Shown: piece by piece, positions 38,827-49,080 of the stretch | Layout of the letters: each line of letters begins with the position of its first letter | Position numbering within the stretch: position 1 is the first letter of the stretch | Virus record (IMG/VR): IMGVR_UViG_3300035703_000008 | Coordinates: 1-64,000 of that record | DNA length: 64,000 nt | Strand: one strand, 5' to 3' | Notes under the pieces: model-generated | What the model saw: only the letters and a program-made list of their open reading frames with translations | Database searches by the model: none | What the model was told of the DNA's origin: nothing | Translations under genes and position numbers: made by a program

Positions 38827-39920
38827 CATATCTCTTTACCAGCGAATCAGTGAGCGAAGGACACCCAGACAAGGTAGCTGATGCTATTTCTGACACAGTG
38901 GTTGACTACTTCATGGAACAAGGCACAGATCAAGTACGCTGTGCCTGCGAAACCCTGGTCACAACCAATCGCGTGATCATCGCCGGCGAGTACAAGGGCG
39001 AGTTTGATCCCGTCCGGATCGAACGCCGTATCAGAGAAACCGTGAGAAAGATCGGGTATTTCCAATCCGGATTCCATGCCTATGCCATGGAAGTCACAAA
39101 TCTCATGCACGGACAGAGTGCCGACATCGCATTGGGCACTGACTCGTTTGGTGCCGGAGACCAGGGTCTCATGTTCGGTTATGCTTGTCGTGAGACACCT
39201 ACCCTGATGCCGGCAGCCATCTACTGGAGCCATCGCATCGTGGAACGCTTGTCAGAACTGAGAAAAGACGGTTCTATCAAGTGGTTGGGACCTGATGCCA
39301 AGAGCCAGGTCACGTTTGAGTACAACGAGGATGCTACTCCTCGGCGTGTGGCCAAAGTAGTGTGCAGCACACAACACGACGAATCTGTCAGTATCGATGA
39401 AGTACGCACAAGAATCGAGTCAGTGCTGCGGTCAGTGTTGCCACCAGAATACCTAGACGGTCGTACCGAATTCTATGTCAACCCCACTGGTAGATTCGTG
39501 ATTGGTGGGCCCGATGGCGACACCGGCATCACTGGTCGCAAGATCATCGTAGACACCTATGGTGGTTCAGCACCGCATGGCGGAGGTGCTTTTTCTGGCA
39601 AGGATCCCACCAAAGTGGATCGCAGCGCCAGCTACATGATGCGCTACATCGCCAAGAACATCGTGGCTTCGGGACAGGCCACATGGGCCACCTGCCAGAT
39701 CAGTTATGCCATCGGCATGGCCGAGCCCATGAGCTTCTATGTGGAAAGCGACGGTGATAGCCGTGGTATCACAGAGTGGGTGCAAAAAAATGTAGATCTC
39801 ACACCACGTGGTATCATCGATCGATTCGATCTGTTCCGTCCCATCTATGGCTCTACAGTAAACTACGGGCACTTCGGCAAAGATTATCTGCCCTGGGAAA
39901 AGGTCGACCTTTTCAAATGA
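38823..39920 (+). CDS. metK: S-adenosylmethionine synthetase
   Basis: FTSESVSEGHPDK, GAGDQG, GGGAFSGKDPTKVDRS. Confidence 0.97.
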   Translation: MTYLFTSESVSEGHPDKVADAISDTVVDYFMEQGTDQVRCACETLVTTNRVIIAGEYKGEFDPVRIERRIRETVRKIGYFQSGFHAYAMEVTNLMHGQSADIALGTDSFGAGDQGLMFGYACRETPTLMPAAIYWSHRIVERLSELRKDGSIKWLGPDAKSQVTFEYNEDATPRRVAKVVCSTQHDESVSIDEVRTRIESVLRSVLPPEYLDGRTEFYVNPTGRFVIGGPDGDTGITGRKIIVDTYGGSAPHGGGAFSGKDPTKVDRSASYMMRYIAKNIVASGQATWATCQISYAIGMAEPMSFYVESDGDSRGITEWVQKNVDLTPRGIIDRFDLFRPIYGSTVNYGHFGKDYLPWEKVDLFK

Positions 39921-41125
39921 ATCCAGACGTCCTCTATGTGGCGGACATCAACGACGCCAATCTAATCACGTTGCAGAACTGGGCCGGTGCTCCATTGGAA
40001 TCAATGGAGTTAGTTAATGGCTACAAGAATCTAGAAAAATTTCATAAAAAGATCATCATCGTCGAAGCCAAAGAAGCCAACTATCAAATCGATGTTATTA
40101 AAAAAATAGTAGCTAATGGAAATTATTTAATCATAATGGATCCGACGGAAGTTTTTAGTTTTGCGCAGATAGGATTGTGTGAGAGTATACCCGGGATCGA
40201 GCATTTCCCTCGCATCGTGGCCGGTGCCAGCGATTGTGTCACATCAGCCGACGGTGTCATGCGAATTGACGAATTGAGGTCCAAAGATTTTAACCTTGAT
40301 AGTTTTTATTTTCTCACCCACAACGATGACAATGTGTTAAAGGCTGTGGTGTATACCATGACCGAGTATTTCAAAACTGCCAACAAGCCTTTCAAGTTCC
40401 TGTATCTCAACGGCAGAGATAGGCCGCATCGAGCTCATCTTTGGCAACTGTTAGAGCAAAAAAATCTTTTAAAAAGTTCTCTTTGCTCCTATCTGAAATT
40501 TTCAATACCAGGCCGCGAGTCTGAACACAGCGAAATAAAGCCCACCCTGTTGCCCAGAGAATACGATTCTCCATATCTGGGCATAGATTCTTTGCCGAAA
40601 ATGAAAGGCGATGAACGGAATTGGAAAGTTTTCAAGCATGACTTTTGGCGACGCCAGTGGGTAGACAATCATATCGTCCCTGCACAATACATCGATAGCT
40701 ATTTTACCGTGGTCACAGAATCCACGGTAGAACGGATGTTCCCCACAGAAAAGACTTTCAAGCCTCTGTTAGCCGGTCATCCTTTTCTCATACTAGCCGC
40801 CCCGGGGATCTACGAATATCTACATGGTCTGGGATTTAAAACGTTTGATGGTATCATCGATGAACGATTTGCCTCTGAACCCAATCTCGACAGGAAGATC
40901 GAGATGTTGTCTGCCGAGATAGAACGACTCTGCAGCATCGATCTAGAACAGTTCCTGGAAGATGTCAAACCCATCTGCGAGCACAACCAACGTCACTATG
41001 CCAACGGTAGACAAGAGTTTTTCCTCAAAAAACATCTCGAGCTACAGGAATTTTTCAAAAGAGTAGAACAAGATGCCTGTGATTTTTTCAACAAAACAGG
41101 AAGATACAGCCATGGGACTGTTTGA
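39917..41125 (+). CDS. glycosyltransferase-like protein (TEKT family)
   Basis: LNGR.RPHR, VTES..FPTEKTFKPL.AGHPF. Confidence 0.55.
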   Translation: MNPDVLYVADINDANLITLQNWAGAPLESMELVNGYKNLEKFHKKIIIVEAKEANYQIDVIKKIVANGNYLIIMDPTEVFSFAQIGLCESIPGIEHFPRIVAGASDCVTSADGVMRIDELRSKDFNLDSFYFLTHNDDNVLKAVVYTMTEYFKTANKPFKFLYLNGRDRPHRAHLWQLLEQKNLLKSSLCSYLKFSIPGRESEHSEIKPTLLPREYDSPYLGIDSLPKMKGDERNWKVFKHDFWRRQWVDNHIVPAQYIDSYFTVVTESTVERMFPTEKTFKPLLAGHPFLILAAPGIYEYLHGLGFKTFDGIIDERFASEPNLDRKIEMLSAEIERLCSIDLEQFLEDVKPICEHNQRHYANGRQEFFLKKHLELQEFFKRVEQDACDFFNKTGRYSHGTV

Positions 41126-41510
41126 TAGATTCAAGAAAAAACCTCAACCTGTTGCCAAGGACGTTGAACCTAAGCCTCGCACAGAAAAAAAGGAAGCGAA
41201 AAAATCTGCACGCGAGTTGGCCACCGAACGCGGCGAACCATACGTGAACATCATCAGCATCGATGTCAATCCCGACAATCTACACGAAGGATCGTTTGAG
41301 CTGGAGTGGAACGAAAAGTTTGTTGTCAATCTCGTTCGAGCTGGATATCAGATGCAGCCCAACGAGCCCGAGGATGTGATCGTGGATCGTTGGTTCCAGA
41401 ATGTGTGCCGGCACGTGGTCATGGAAACCTGGGAGCAAGAACAGGCCATGAATCCCCAACGCTACGTGAGAGAAAGAAATCTCGGTGGCGGAAGGAAAGA
41501 GATATCATGA
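41112..41510 (+). CDS. hypothetical phage protein
   Basis: MGLFDRFKK start; core-like codon usage. Confidence 0.65.
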   Translation: MGLFDRFKKKPQPVAKDVEPKPRTEKKEAKKSARELATERGEPYVNIISIDVNPDNLHEGSFELEWNEKFVVNLVRAGYQMQPNEPEDVIVDRWFQNVCRHVVMETWEQEQAMNPQRYVRERNLGGGRKEIS

Positions 41511-41782
41511 AGATCCAAGATCCCATACAAGAAATACTGGTGATCGCCCAGGAAGAAGCAGCCGAAGTCATACAAGAGATCAGCAAATGCCAGCGATTTG
41601 GCATAGACGAACCGCATCGAGATGGTATGCTGCATCGTGAACGACTGGCGCAAGAAGTGGGCGATCTCATGTGCATGATCGATCTCATGATGGATCGTGG
41701 CATCGTCGATGCCGGACAAGTTGATCTGGCTCGACAGAAAAAACAAGACAAACTCAAAATTTATAGCAGGATTTATCAATGA
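41507..41782 (+). CDS. MazG-like pyrophosphohydrolase
   Basis: QEEAAEVIQ...EVGDL. Confidence 0.75.
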   Translation: MKIQDPIQEILVIAQEEAAEVIQEISKCQRFGIDEPHRDGMLHRERLAQEVGDLMCMIDLMMDRGIVDAGQVDLARQKKQDKLKIYSRIYQ

Positions 41783-42267
41783 TATTCAACCACATCAAAG
41801 AACTCAAAGCACAAGGTAAAAAGATCGGCATCACCTTTTCCACATTTGACATGCTGCATGCCGGGCATATCGCTATGCTGAGCGAAGCCAAGAACCACTG
41901 CGATTATCTCATCTGTGGCTTGCAGACCGATCCCACTATAGATCGCCCTGACACTAAAAATCGCCCAGTGCAGAGCATAGTAGAACGCCAGATCCAGTTG
42001 GCCGCTTGCCGTTATGTGGACGAAGTAGTGGTGTATCAGACCGAGCAAGATCTCGTGGATCTCTTGCTGATCCTGCCTTTGGATGTTCGCATACTGGGCG
42101 TGGAGTACGAAGGCCGACACTTCAGCGGCCGTGACGAATGTGAGCATCGTGGTATCGATATCATCTTCAATGCCCGAGATCATTCGTTCAGTTCCAGCAG
42201 CCTCCGCAAGCGTGTGGCACAGGCTGAAACAGAAAAAGCCCTAAGGCAAAACAATCAAGAAAGGTAA
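41779..42267 (+). CDS. cytidylyltransferase (TagD-like)
   Basis: TFDMLHAGH, GLQTD, YVDEVV, SSS.LR. Confidence 0.88.
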   Translation: MIFNHIKELKAQGKKIGITFSTFDMLHAGHIAMLSEAKNHCDYLICGLQTDPTIDRPDTKNRPVQSIVERQIQLAACRYVDEVVVYQTEQDLVDLLLILPLDVRILGVEYEGRHFSGRDECEHRGIDIIFNARDHSFSSSSLRKRVAQAETEKALRQNNQER

Positions 42268-42272
42268 TTCTC

Positions 42273-42923
42273 ATGTTTATCTATTTCAATGGAGACAGCA
42301 ATGTGGCCGGTGAAGAACTGGCAGATCGATCCAAGAGCATGGCCGGTGTGATCGCGCAACAGCTCGATGCTGACTACTTCAATGAAGCAGTGAGTGGAGC
42401 CAGCAACGATCGCATCTATGACACAACACTCGAATATCTACGCAACAATCCCAAGCCCGACCTCATGGTGATCGGATGGACCGAGCACGGTCGAGAACAA
42501 TGGTACTTTGATGGACGCATGCACGAAATCAATCAGCTGGATGTAGGCGATCGTGTGCCCGAAGAATTCCGTCGGAGATATCAGTTCTGGAAACATCAGG
42601 TCAAGAACGACGAACATTGGTTCCGTGTCATGGGCAATTATTGGCACAACAAGATCTATAACCTGCATACCATGCTAAGGGAGCAGGAAATTCCGCATTA
42701 TTTCTTTAACATCTTTTTCCACTTCCACCACGACGAAAGACAACGCCTGGAATGGCATAATTCGTTCTATCGACCATATGCTGCCAACAAAACCTACATC
42801 AACTGGTGTAATGAAAACAAATTCTATGAGATTACCCCGGGGTGGCAACACTATGACGAAACTGCACATGCTATGTGGGCCACAGAACTAGTGACCACCA
42901 TGCGACAGGATGGCATAGTATGA
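42273..42923 (+). CDS. SGNH-like protein
   Basis: NGDS, GASNDRI, WQHY. Confidence 0.6.
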   Translation: MFIYFNGDSNVAGEELADRSKSMAGVIAQQLDADYFNEAVSGASNDRIYDTTLEYLRNNPKPDLMVIGWTEHGREQWYFDGRMHEINQLDVGDRVPEEFRRRYQFWKHQVKNDEHWFRVMGNYWHNKIYNLHTMLREQEIPHYFFNIFFHFHHDERQRLEWHNSFYRPYAANKTYINWCNENKFYEITPGWQHYDETAHAMWATELVTTMRQDGIV

Positions 42924-43630
42924 TCTTGTATGTGAACGGCGACAGCCACACCGCGGCCGCAGAAGCCGTGAATCCCCACGCATTCGCCGAAGATGACGGA
43001 AGGTATGCACATCTACGACGACTGCCGCACCCCGACAATCTACAGGTGAGCTGGGGGCGCGTTTTGTCTGACATCATCAAAGCCGGATTCAAATGCGACG
43101 CCGAATCTGCGGCCAGCAACAGTCGTATCTTGCGTACCACCCGGGATTGGTTGGCACAAGCACCCTTGGCCAATACCAATGTTTTAGTGGTCATACAGTG
43201 GAGCACCTGGGAACGCCAAGAATGGCTTATCGACGGCGTCTACTATCAGGTAAACGGATCAGGCGTGGACCAGGTTCCCCCAGACTGGGAAACTCGCTAC
43301 AAGCAATGGATCGTGGACATCGACTGGAATCAAGTCACTCAGCGAGCGCACGACGAAATCTGGCAGTTCCATCTCGAACTCCTGGACCAGAACATACCCC
43401 ATGTGTTTTTCAATGGCAACAACCATTTCGGTAAAATCGCACCAGATCAAAGACGGGATTGGGGGTGCAACTATATCTCCCCGTATGATGCCGGTTCCAC
43501 CTATGATGCTTGGTTAAAAGGCCAAGGACACGACACTGTTTCGCCCAATTCCTGGCATTTTGGACGAGAAGCTCACACAGCTTGGGCAAGATTTATGTTA
43601 CAATACATTATCCGAAACCAACTGATATGA
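42920..43630 (+). CDS. SGNH-like protein, tandem paralogue
   Basis: NGDS, ASNSRI, WHF..EAH..WA. Confidence 0.6.
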   Translation: MILYVNGDSHTAAAEAVNPHAFAEDDGRYAHLRRLPHPDNLQVSWGRVLSDIIKAGFKCDAESAASNSRILRTTRDWLAQAPLANTNVLVVIQWSTWERQEWLIDGVYYQVNGSGVDQVPPDWETRYKQWIVDIDWNQVTQRAHDEIWQFHLELLDQNIPHVFFNGNNHFGKIAPDQRRDWGCNYISPYDAGSTYDAWLKGQGHDTVSPNSWHFGREAHTAWARFMLQYIIRNQLI

Positions 43631-43637
43631 GCCCAAG

Positions 43638-44645
43638 ATGCGATATGTGCTGATTGACACAGCCAATACTTTTTTCCGTGCCCGCCATGTAGCATTCCGA
43701 GCCAGTGATTCCTGGGAACGAGTGGGCTACGCCTTGCACATCACCCTCAGTGCCATCAACAAAGTGGCCGCCAAGTTCCAGGCCGATCATGTGGTTTTTG
43801 CTCTAGAAGGGCGCAGTTGGCGCAAAGACTTTTACCCGCCTTATAAACGCAATCGCAGTGATGCTCGTGCTGCACAAACCGAATCAGAACAGGAAGAAGA
43901 TCGCTTGTTCTGGGAAACTTACGACAACTTTACTAAATACCTTGCTGAGCAGACCAACTGCTCAGTGATCCGGCACCCCGAAGCCGAAGCTGATGACGTT
44001 ATCGCTCGCTGGATCGCTTTACACCCACAAGACCAACACACTATCATTTCAAGCGACACTGACTTCGTGCAACTCATTGCCGAAAACGTAGATCAGTACA
44101 ACGGCATCACCGATGAACTGATCACCATCCAGGGCATCTTTGATGCTCGTGGACGACCTGTGGTTGATAAAAAGACCAAAGAGCCCAAGTCTGTGCCTGA
44201 CCCCAAATGGTTGTTGTTTGAAAAATGTGTGAGGGGCGATGCCACTGACAATGTGTTTTCGGCCTATCCTGGTGTGCGCACCAAAGGCACCAAGAACAAG
44301 GTCGGCTTGCTGGAAGCCTTTGAAGATCGTGATCGTCGAGGTTATGCCTGGAACAACCTCATGCTGCAACGCTGGACCGATCATGATGGGCAAGAGCATC
44401 GTGTGCTGGACGACTACGAGCGCAACCGCACTCTCATCGATCTCGCGGCACAGCCCGAGGAGGTAAAGATCAAAGTGGACACAGCCATACGTGAGCAGAT
44501 CAGCCACAGAGATGTGGGACAAGTGGGCGTGAGATTCATGAAGTTCTGCGGACGATTTGAACTCAACCGTGCCTCAGAATCAGCTGAACAGTATAGCCGT
44601 TGGTTAAATCAAACTTATCAAGGAACCTTAGATGATCGTAGCTAA
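43638..44645 (+). CDS. rnh: 5'-3' exonuclease / T4 RNase H-like
   Basis: LIDTAN, YKRNR, EADD, SSDTDF.QL, GDATDN. Confidence 0.9.
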   Translation: MRYVLIDTANTFFRARHVAFRASDSWERVGYALHITLSAINKVAAKFQADHVVFALEGRSWRKDFYPPYKRNRSDARAAQTESEQEEDRLFWETYDNFTKYLAEQTNCSVIRHPEAEADDVIARWIALHPQDQHTIISSDTDFVQLIAENVDQYNGITDELITIQGIFDARGRPVVDKKTKEPKSVPDPKWLLFEKCVRGDATDNVFSAYPGVRTKGTKNKVGLLEAFEDRDRRGYAWNNLMLQRWTDHDGQEHRVLDDYERNRTLIDLAAQPEEVKIKVDTAIREQISHRDVGQVGVRFMKFCGRFELNRASESAEQYSRWLNQTYQGTLDDRS

Positions 44646-45075
44646 AGCAGTGATACCCAATCAGTACTGGATCTTGCGGCAGGATGATCGCAAGATCGGC
44701 AACATCGAAGCCGGGCCCGATGGTTATCAGGTCCGTATCGACAATCAAGTGCATCGATTCAAAACCATACGCATGATGAAACAGCGTGTGCCCATCGATT
44801 TTGAAGCGCCCACGCAAAAGAAACCCGCTAAATTGGCCAACGAAGTGAATGGGTATCACACCACTGGAAGACCCTACAATGCCATCTATGATGTGAGACA
44901 TCAGGTTCCGTTGTGGACACGAGAGCCACGCAGCAAGAGCTGGTACGCAGCTGGATGGTATCGTGTCAAGCAAGGACGCACCTGGAGCGTGATCGAGTGC
45001 CCCAAGCTGATCATGCTGGATCGCTACCAGTATCAAGGCCCTTTTCGAACACAAGCCGAAGCAGAATCACAATGA
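44632..45075 (+). CDS. hypothetical protein
   Basis: Coupled to rnh. Confidence 0.65.
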   Translation: MIVAKAVIPNQYWILRQDDRKIGNIEAGPDGYQVRIDNQVHRFKTIRMMKQRVPIDFEAPTQKKPAKLANEVNGYHTTGRPYNAIYDVRHQVPLWTREPRSKSWYAAGWYRVKQGRTWSVIECPKLIMLDRYQYQGPFRTQAEAESQ

Positions 45076-45284
45076 GCATGCACATCAATCGATTCATTGA
45101 TCGTGTACGAGCCGCTGACACCAAGGGGCAACGAGACATCGTGATCAGCCTGGCCGATGCCAAGAATCTACACGCCGATATAACCAAACTCTTGCTGGCT
45201 GTGCAGGAAATGCATGATCGCATGTCAGCTGCCGGCAACAACAATCAAGTGATCAATGTGGAAGTGGAGGGTGGCTCGTTCTAA
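45072..45284 (+). CDS. hypothetical protein
   Basis: ATGA overlap. Confidence 0.6.
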   Translation: MSMHINRFIDRVRAADTKGQRDIVISLADAKNLHADITKLLLAVQEMHDRMSAAGNNNQVINVEVEGGSF

Positions 45285-45327
45285 AACTGCTTACATAAAG
45301 GCATAAATAAATGTAGGAGTTTATTGA

Positions 45328-45633
45328 ATGAGCAGACCCAAACCCAAAGTGTTGGTGGAAGTCACTGACAAAAGTACTTACAAAACCGAACAAGTCCTAG
45401 CTGCCGAAGGTATTTGGGCAGTGTTCTTTGACGGCGCTCCCATCAATCTCAAGACCAGCAACCTCCTGGTACAGTACCCAGGCCCCAAGTACAAAAAAGT
45501 CAGTTTCAGTAATCAAGGGCATGCCATCAACTTGGCCAAGAAGCTCAACAGCCAGTTCAAGACTGACAAGTTTTCTGTGGTGCTGTTAAAGCAAGGGGAG
45601 CAGATCTTCCCTGATGACAAATCGAAAACTTGA
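45328..45633 (+). CDS. hypothetical phage protein
   Basis: ATAAATA promoter and AGGAG RBS. Confidence 0.7.
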   Translation: MSRPKPKVLVEVTDKSTYKTEQVLAAEGIWAVFFDGAPINLKTSNLLVQYPGPKYKKVSFSNQGHAINLAKKLNSQFKTDKFSVVLLKQGEQIFPDDKSKT

Positions 45634-46006
45634 TATAGTATCTCAGTTACTGAGATCTCACACCAGCGATCACTCAGCGAGTGTGGAACGAGCCATGACC
45701 ACCTGGTGGTACAACACCAGAGACATCGGCGGCCTGAGACTCACGGACACCGGCTATCATGCCATGGTATCTGAGTTTGGTGTAGAAAACTGGCAGCTAT
45801 CCATCAACGATCCCAAAAAGTCACTGACCAAAAGGCTGCTGTTAGAGATGGACCAGAAGATGGAGTGGCCCTACTACATCGATTACAAGAACAAGTGCGT
45901 GATGTTTTTTGGCAGCCAAGAAGCCGTGATGGCTAGTCTTTACGGAGACCTACTTGCGTGGTTAAAAAATCGTCCAGCTCGAGCACACGTGCATGATAGT
46001 CATTGA
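45614..46006 (+). CDS. hypothetical protein
   Basis: Packed ORF. Confidence 0.6.
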   Translation: MTNRKLDIVSQLLRSHTSDHSASVERAMTTWWYNTRDIGGLRLTDTGYHAMVSEFGVENWQLSINDPKKSLTKRLLLEMDQKMEWPYYIDYKNKCVMFFGSQEAVMASLYGDLLAWLKNRPARAHVHDSH

Positions 46007-46967
46007 GTATTTTTTCGTTCCAACCCCAGCGTACCCAGTCCTGATTTTTCTTTAATCTCTGTTTCAACGGCACAAACGATTTGTGTTTGCGATTGATACC
46101 GGAGAGCAAGAGCTCGCGATTGAGTTCGATGGCTGCACGCCAGCGTTCGCCGTCGGGTAGGTAATCATAGGAAGTGTCCACGATGTCGCGGAACATGTCG
46201 AAACCCAGCTGCTCGCAGTGGTCCACGATGCCACGATAGCCGATCACGATGGGTATCTGTTGGGCTAAAAACGCCATCTGCGTTTTTTCTGTGATGATGC
46301 CCAAGGGATTATGATATATGGTCTCAGTGACTATGTTGATGTCACAGCTGGAATACACCGGTAAAAGACGCAGCCAATTGTCTTCGTTTTCCACACCAAA
46401 GTAGTCACGATAAGGAAACAGCGGCAAGGGTATGTCATCGCCGAGGCTGACTATGCCGTGGGGGTATTTCTGCATCTCTGTGGCCACCCAGCGGCGAACA
46501 TCACTGACTCGTCCATTGAGACATTGCCAATGATATTGTCGCTGACCGCGTTCAATCACCGATTCCCACTGTTCACTGCGAGCATTGAGGTGATGCATGA
46601 GTTCATAGCTGTGACAAGGAAAGTATACGAGATTGAGTGGGCCTTGATAAAAGTCCCCGAGATCTACATCCCAGTGCACCACTATGACTTGACGAGCACG
46701 ATCACCAAAGTAGCGTTCCATCTCTACCAACTCAACACATATGCCGTCGTCGTTGACTGTGAGGAAATCAAAACACTGCATGATCACCACGGTGTTGTCC
46801 AACCAGATCAGGTCTTCGGGCCAGCGTATAGGCCATCCGTTGTCGCTGGTACCGGGACCATGCTGCCCGCGATAATCGGGAATCTGGCAACAGTGTTGAA
46901 ATATCACATCATAGCCTAGATCGTTCCAGGGTGTTGTGAAAACGCGATTAAAATCAAATATTCCCAT
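45933..46967 (-). CDS. glycosyltransferase-like protein (TEKT family)
   Basis: CLNGR, VTET...IITEKT, LGFD.F.D.VD.SYD. Confidence 0.55.
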   Translation of the reverse strand: MGIFDFNRVFTTPWNDLGYDVIFQHCCQIPDYRGQHGPGTSDNGWPIRWPEDLIWLDNTVVIMQCFDFLTVNDDGICVELVEMERYFGDRARQVIVVHWDVDLGDFYQGPLNLVYFPCHSYELMHHLNARSEQWESVIERGQRQYHWQCLNGRVSDVRRWVATEMQKYPHGIVSLGDDIPLPLFPYRDYFGVENEDNWLRLLPVYSSCDINIVTETIYHNPLGIITEKTQMAFLAQQIPIVIGYRGIVDHCEQLGFDMFRDIVDTSYDYLPDGERWRAAIELNRELLLSGINRKHKSFVPLKQRLKKNQDWVRWGWNEKILNDYHARVLELDDFLTTQVGLRKD

Positions 46968-47046
46968 TGGTTGACCAATAAAGATTTCTACTGTAAAGTG
47001 TTGTTTTTATACCACAAAATTAGTTAGTAAGCACTGACTTGTGCGG

Positions 47047-47075
47047 TTGACCAGAAATTCTATTTCGGTTATAAT
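47047..47075 (+). promoter_or_regulatory. sigma70-type early promoter
   Basis: TTGACC-17-TATAAT; a weaker TTGACC-17-TAAAGT lies at 46971. Confidence 0.85.
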
Positions 47076-47081
47076 GTATGT

Positions 47082-47423
47082 ATGGACGCTAAGAAAACGA
47101 CCCGCAAAAAACGAACGGATCGCACCCACATCGTGTACCGCATTTCGTCGGGACGCGACTTCTACATCGGAGTCACGGCCAAGACTGAGTCAACGGTGCT
47201 GAAGTCGGTGCGAGTTCGCATGAACAAGCATCTCTATCGTAGTCGTAGCGAAGACAAGAGCTGGGCCTTGTACGAGGCACTCCGTGCTCGTGGTCCCGAA
47301 TCGTTTGTGTTTGAGATCGTGGCTGTGGTGCGTGGCAAGTCGGCTGCTCACCAATTCGAGCGTGCCTTGATCCGCGAACTGCGTCCTAACTTGAACACCG
47401 ATGTGCGCGAAAGGAGAGTATGA
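47082..47423 (+). CDS. GIY-YIG-like nuclease domain protein
   Basis: HIVY.I....FYIGVT, R...H, E..LI....P.LN. Confidence 0.7.
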   Translation: MDAKKTTRKKRTDRTHIVYRISSGRDFYIGVTAKTESTVLKSVRVRMNKHLYRSRSEDKSWALYEALRARGPESFVFEIVAVVRGKSAAHQFERALIRELRPNLNTDVRERRV

Positions 47424-47511
47424 TGGCTACACCTATCACAGCAAAAGAGTTTCGGGCGTGGGTCCGACGGACATTTAAAGAATGCCAAGAACGGGCCAGG
47501 AAGGAATCACG

Positions 47512-47727
47512 ATGAACGAACGGATCCGAGAACTTGCTATACAGGCGGGTGCGGGTGAATGGGGTGATTCTGCTGTGCCAGCAATGATGGATATTGAAAA
47601 GTTCGCCGAGTTGATCGTAAGAGAATCTATCGTAGATTTCTACAGGCGTTATCTTGATCTGGAGAGTGAAGAGGATATCACCGAGCAGGTCAATCGTTAT
47701 GTCAAAGACAATTTTGGAGTTAAATGA
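47512..47727 (+). CDS. MNERIRELA-family small protein 1
   Basis: Paralogue of 47898. Confidence 0.7.
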   Translation: MNERIRELAIQAGAGEWGDSAVPAMMDIEKFAELIVRESIVDFYRRYLDLESEEDITEQVNRYVKDNFGVK

Positions 47728-47897
47728 TGAATGTGTTCTTAGTGTATTACAATGAAGCAGATTACGCTGGTGATGTGGGTCGTACGGTATGGGACAATGT
47801 ATACGATTCAAAAGAAAAAGCACAGGCTCGAGTAGATGAATTGAACAAAGAAGAAGGTGTCGAGGATGCCGATTACAAACTATTTAAGGTTAAATAG
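47724..47897 (+). CDS. 57-aa acidic protein (absent from ORF track)
   Basis: GGAG RBS; fills the gap exactly. Confidence 0.55.
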   Translation: MMNVFLVYYNEADYAGDVGRTVWDNVYDSKEKAQARVDELNKEEGVEDADYKLFKVK

Positions 47898-48110
47898 ATG
47901 AACGAACGTATACGAGAACTTGCTGAACAGGCTGGATTTACGGAGTGGCATCGCATGAACAATCCCAATGGTGATGCTGTTATTCAAACCTTTGCCGAGT
48001 TGATTGTTCGGGAATGTTGTGGTGCCGCTGATGAGTGGTATCAAAAGCATAACGAACTCCATTGGGACCCGGCTCAACATATTAGAAATCATTTCGGAGT
48101 TGAAGAATGA
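47898..48110 (+). CDS. MNERIRELA-family small protein 2
   Basis: Paralogue of 47512. Confidence 0.7.
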   Translation: MNERIRELAEQAGFTEWHRMNNPNGDAVIQTFAELIVRECCGAADEWYQKHNELHWDPAQHIRNHFGVEE

Positions 48111-48249
48111 AGATGCGAGTTTACATGAGCCGGCACCGCAACCTCTCAGGCGAGCTCACACCCATCGTGGTAGAGACCAACCTTGCCTGGGCCTTGCCCT
48201 ATTGGCACAAGCGTAGGACCATGAATCCCAAGATCTTCTGGGAGATCCA

Positions 48250-48582
48250 GTGACATCGAAGCTGATCCGCGATGGGTTCGTGGCTGTGCTGTACTCGCCG
48301 GGCTATGGAGCAGGGTGGTCCACATGGTGCGTCGGTGATCAACGGATGAGCATGTTGTTCGACCCGCAGATCGCCGACATCGTGGATCGTGGCGGCGAGA
48401 CCTGGCCGGACCAGGCCGAGGCCATCGCCCGGGTCAAATATCCTGATGCCTATTTCAACATCAACGGCTTGAAGAATCTCAGGGTGTGCTGGATCGAGTC
48501 AGGAACTCGTTTCCGTGTCACAGAATACGACGGTGACGAGAGCATAGAAATCATCTCCGAGCTGGATTGGATCACAGCATGA
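48250..48582 (+). CDS. hypothetical phage protein
   Basis: VAVLYSPGYGAGWSTW...EYDG.E. Confidence 0.7.
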   Translation: MTSKLIRDGFVAVLYSPGYGAGWSTWCVGDQRMSMLFDPQIADIVDRGGETWPDQAEAIARVKYPDAYFNINGLKNLRVCWIESGTRFRVTEYDGDESIEIISELDWITA

Positions 48583-48721
48583 TCTGGATCATCGTGGCCT
48601 TGATCGTGGTCGTGATCGCGGGCTTGCTGGCCACTCTGGTACTGCAACGCATTACCTGTACCGATGCGCTGATCCCCGATCACTTGACCAAAAAATCAAA
48701 TCCTAGTAAAATTGATAGATA

Positions 48722-48859
48722 ATGAAGACCCTGCTGACTCTACCTCGCCCAAGAAATTGGGTGGCCAAAAACGATCGCAATCGAGCTGCTCGTCATCGAG
48801 TGGCCGTTAAATATCAGCGGCGTGCCAAGCATCGCTCAACCGAAAGGAACGACTCGTGA
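48722..48859 (+). CDS. 45-aa very basic protein (absent from ORF track)
   Basis: Behind TTGACC-17-TAAAAT (48684-48712); GTGA overlap with next gene. Confidence 0.6.
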   Translation: MKTLLTLPRPRNWVAKNDRNRAARHRVAVKYQRRAKHRSTERNDS

Positions 48860-49080
48860 AACTACATGGACTCACTCCCTTGCAACATCAGATCTGCGAA
48901 GAGATCTGGAGCATGGATACGCAGGAGCAACTCACGTCATGGTTCAATGGCTTGCCCCGTAGCATACAAGCACAGGCTCTCTCGATGATGCATCTCATCA
49001 CCATCGAAGCCATCGATGAAGAAGGTATCACGGACATGTCCCAAGCACAGGCCGTGATTGATCGAGCAAGACGAGGTTGA
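48856..49080 (+). CDS. hypothetical protein
   Basis: AAGGA RBS. Confidence 0.6.
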   Translation: MKLHGLTPLQHQICEEIWSMDTQEQLTSWFNGLPRSIQAQALSMMHLITIEAIDEEGITDMSQAQAVIDRARRG

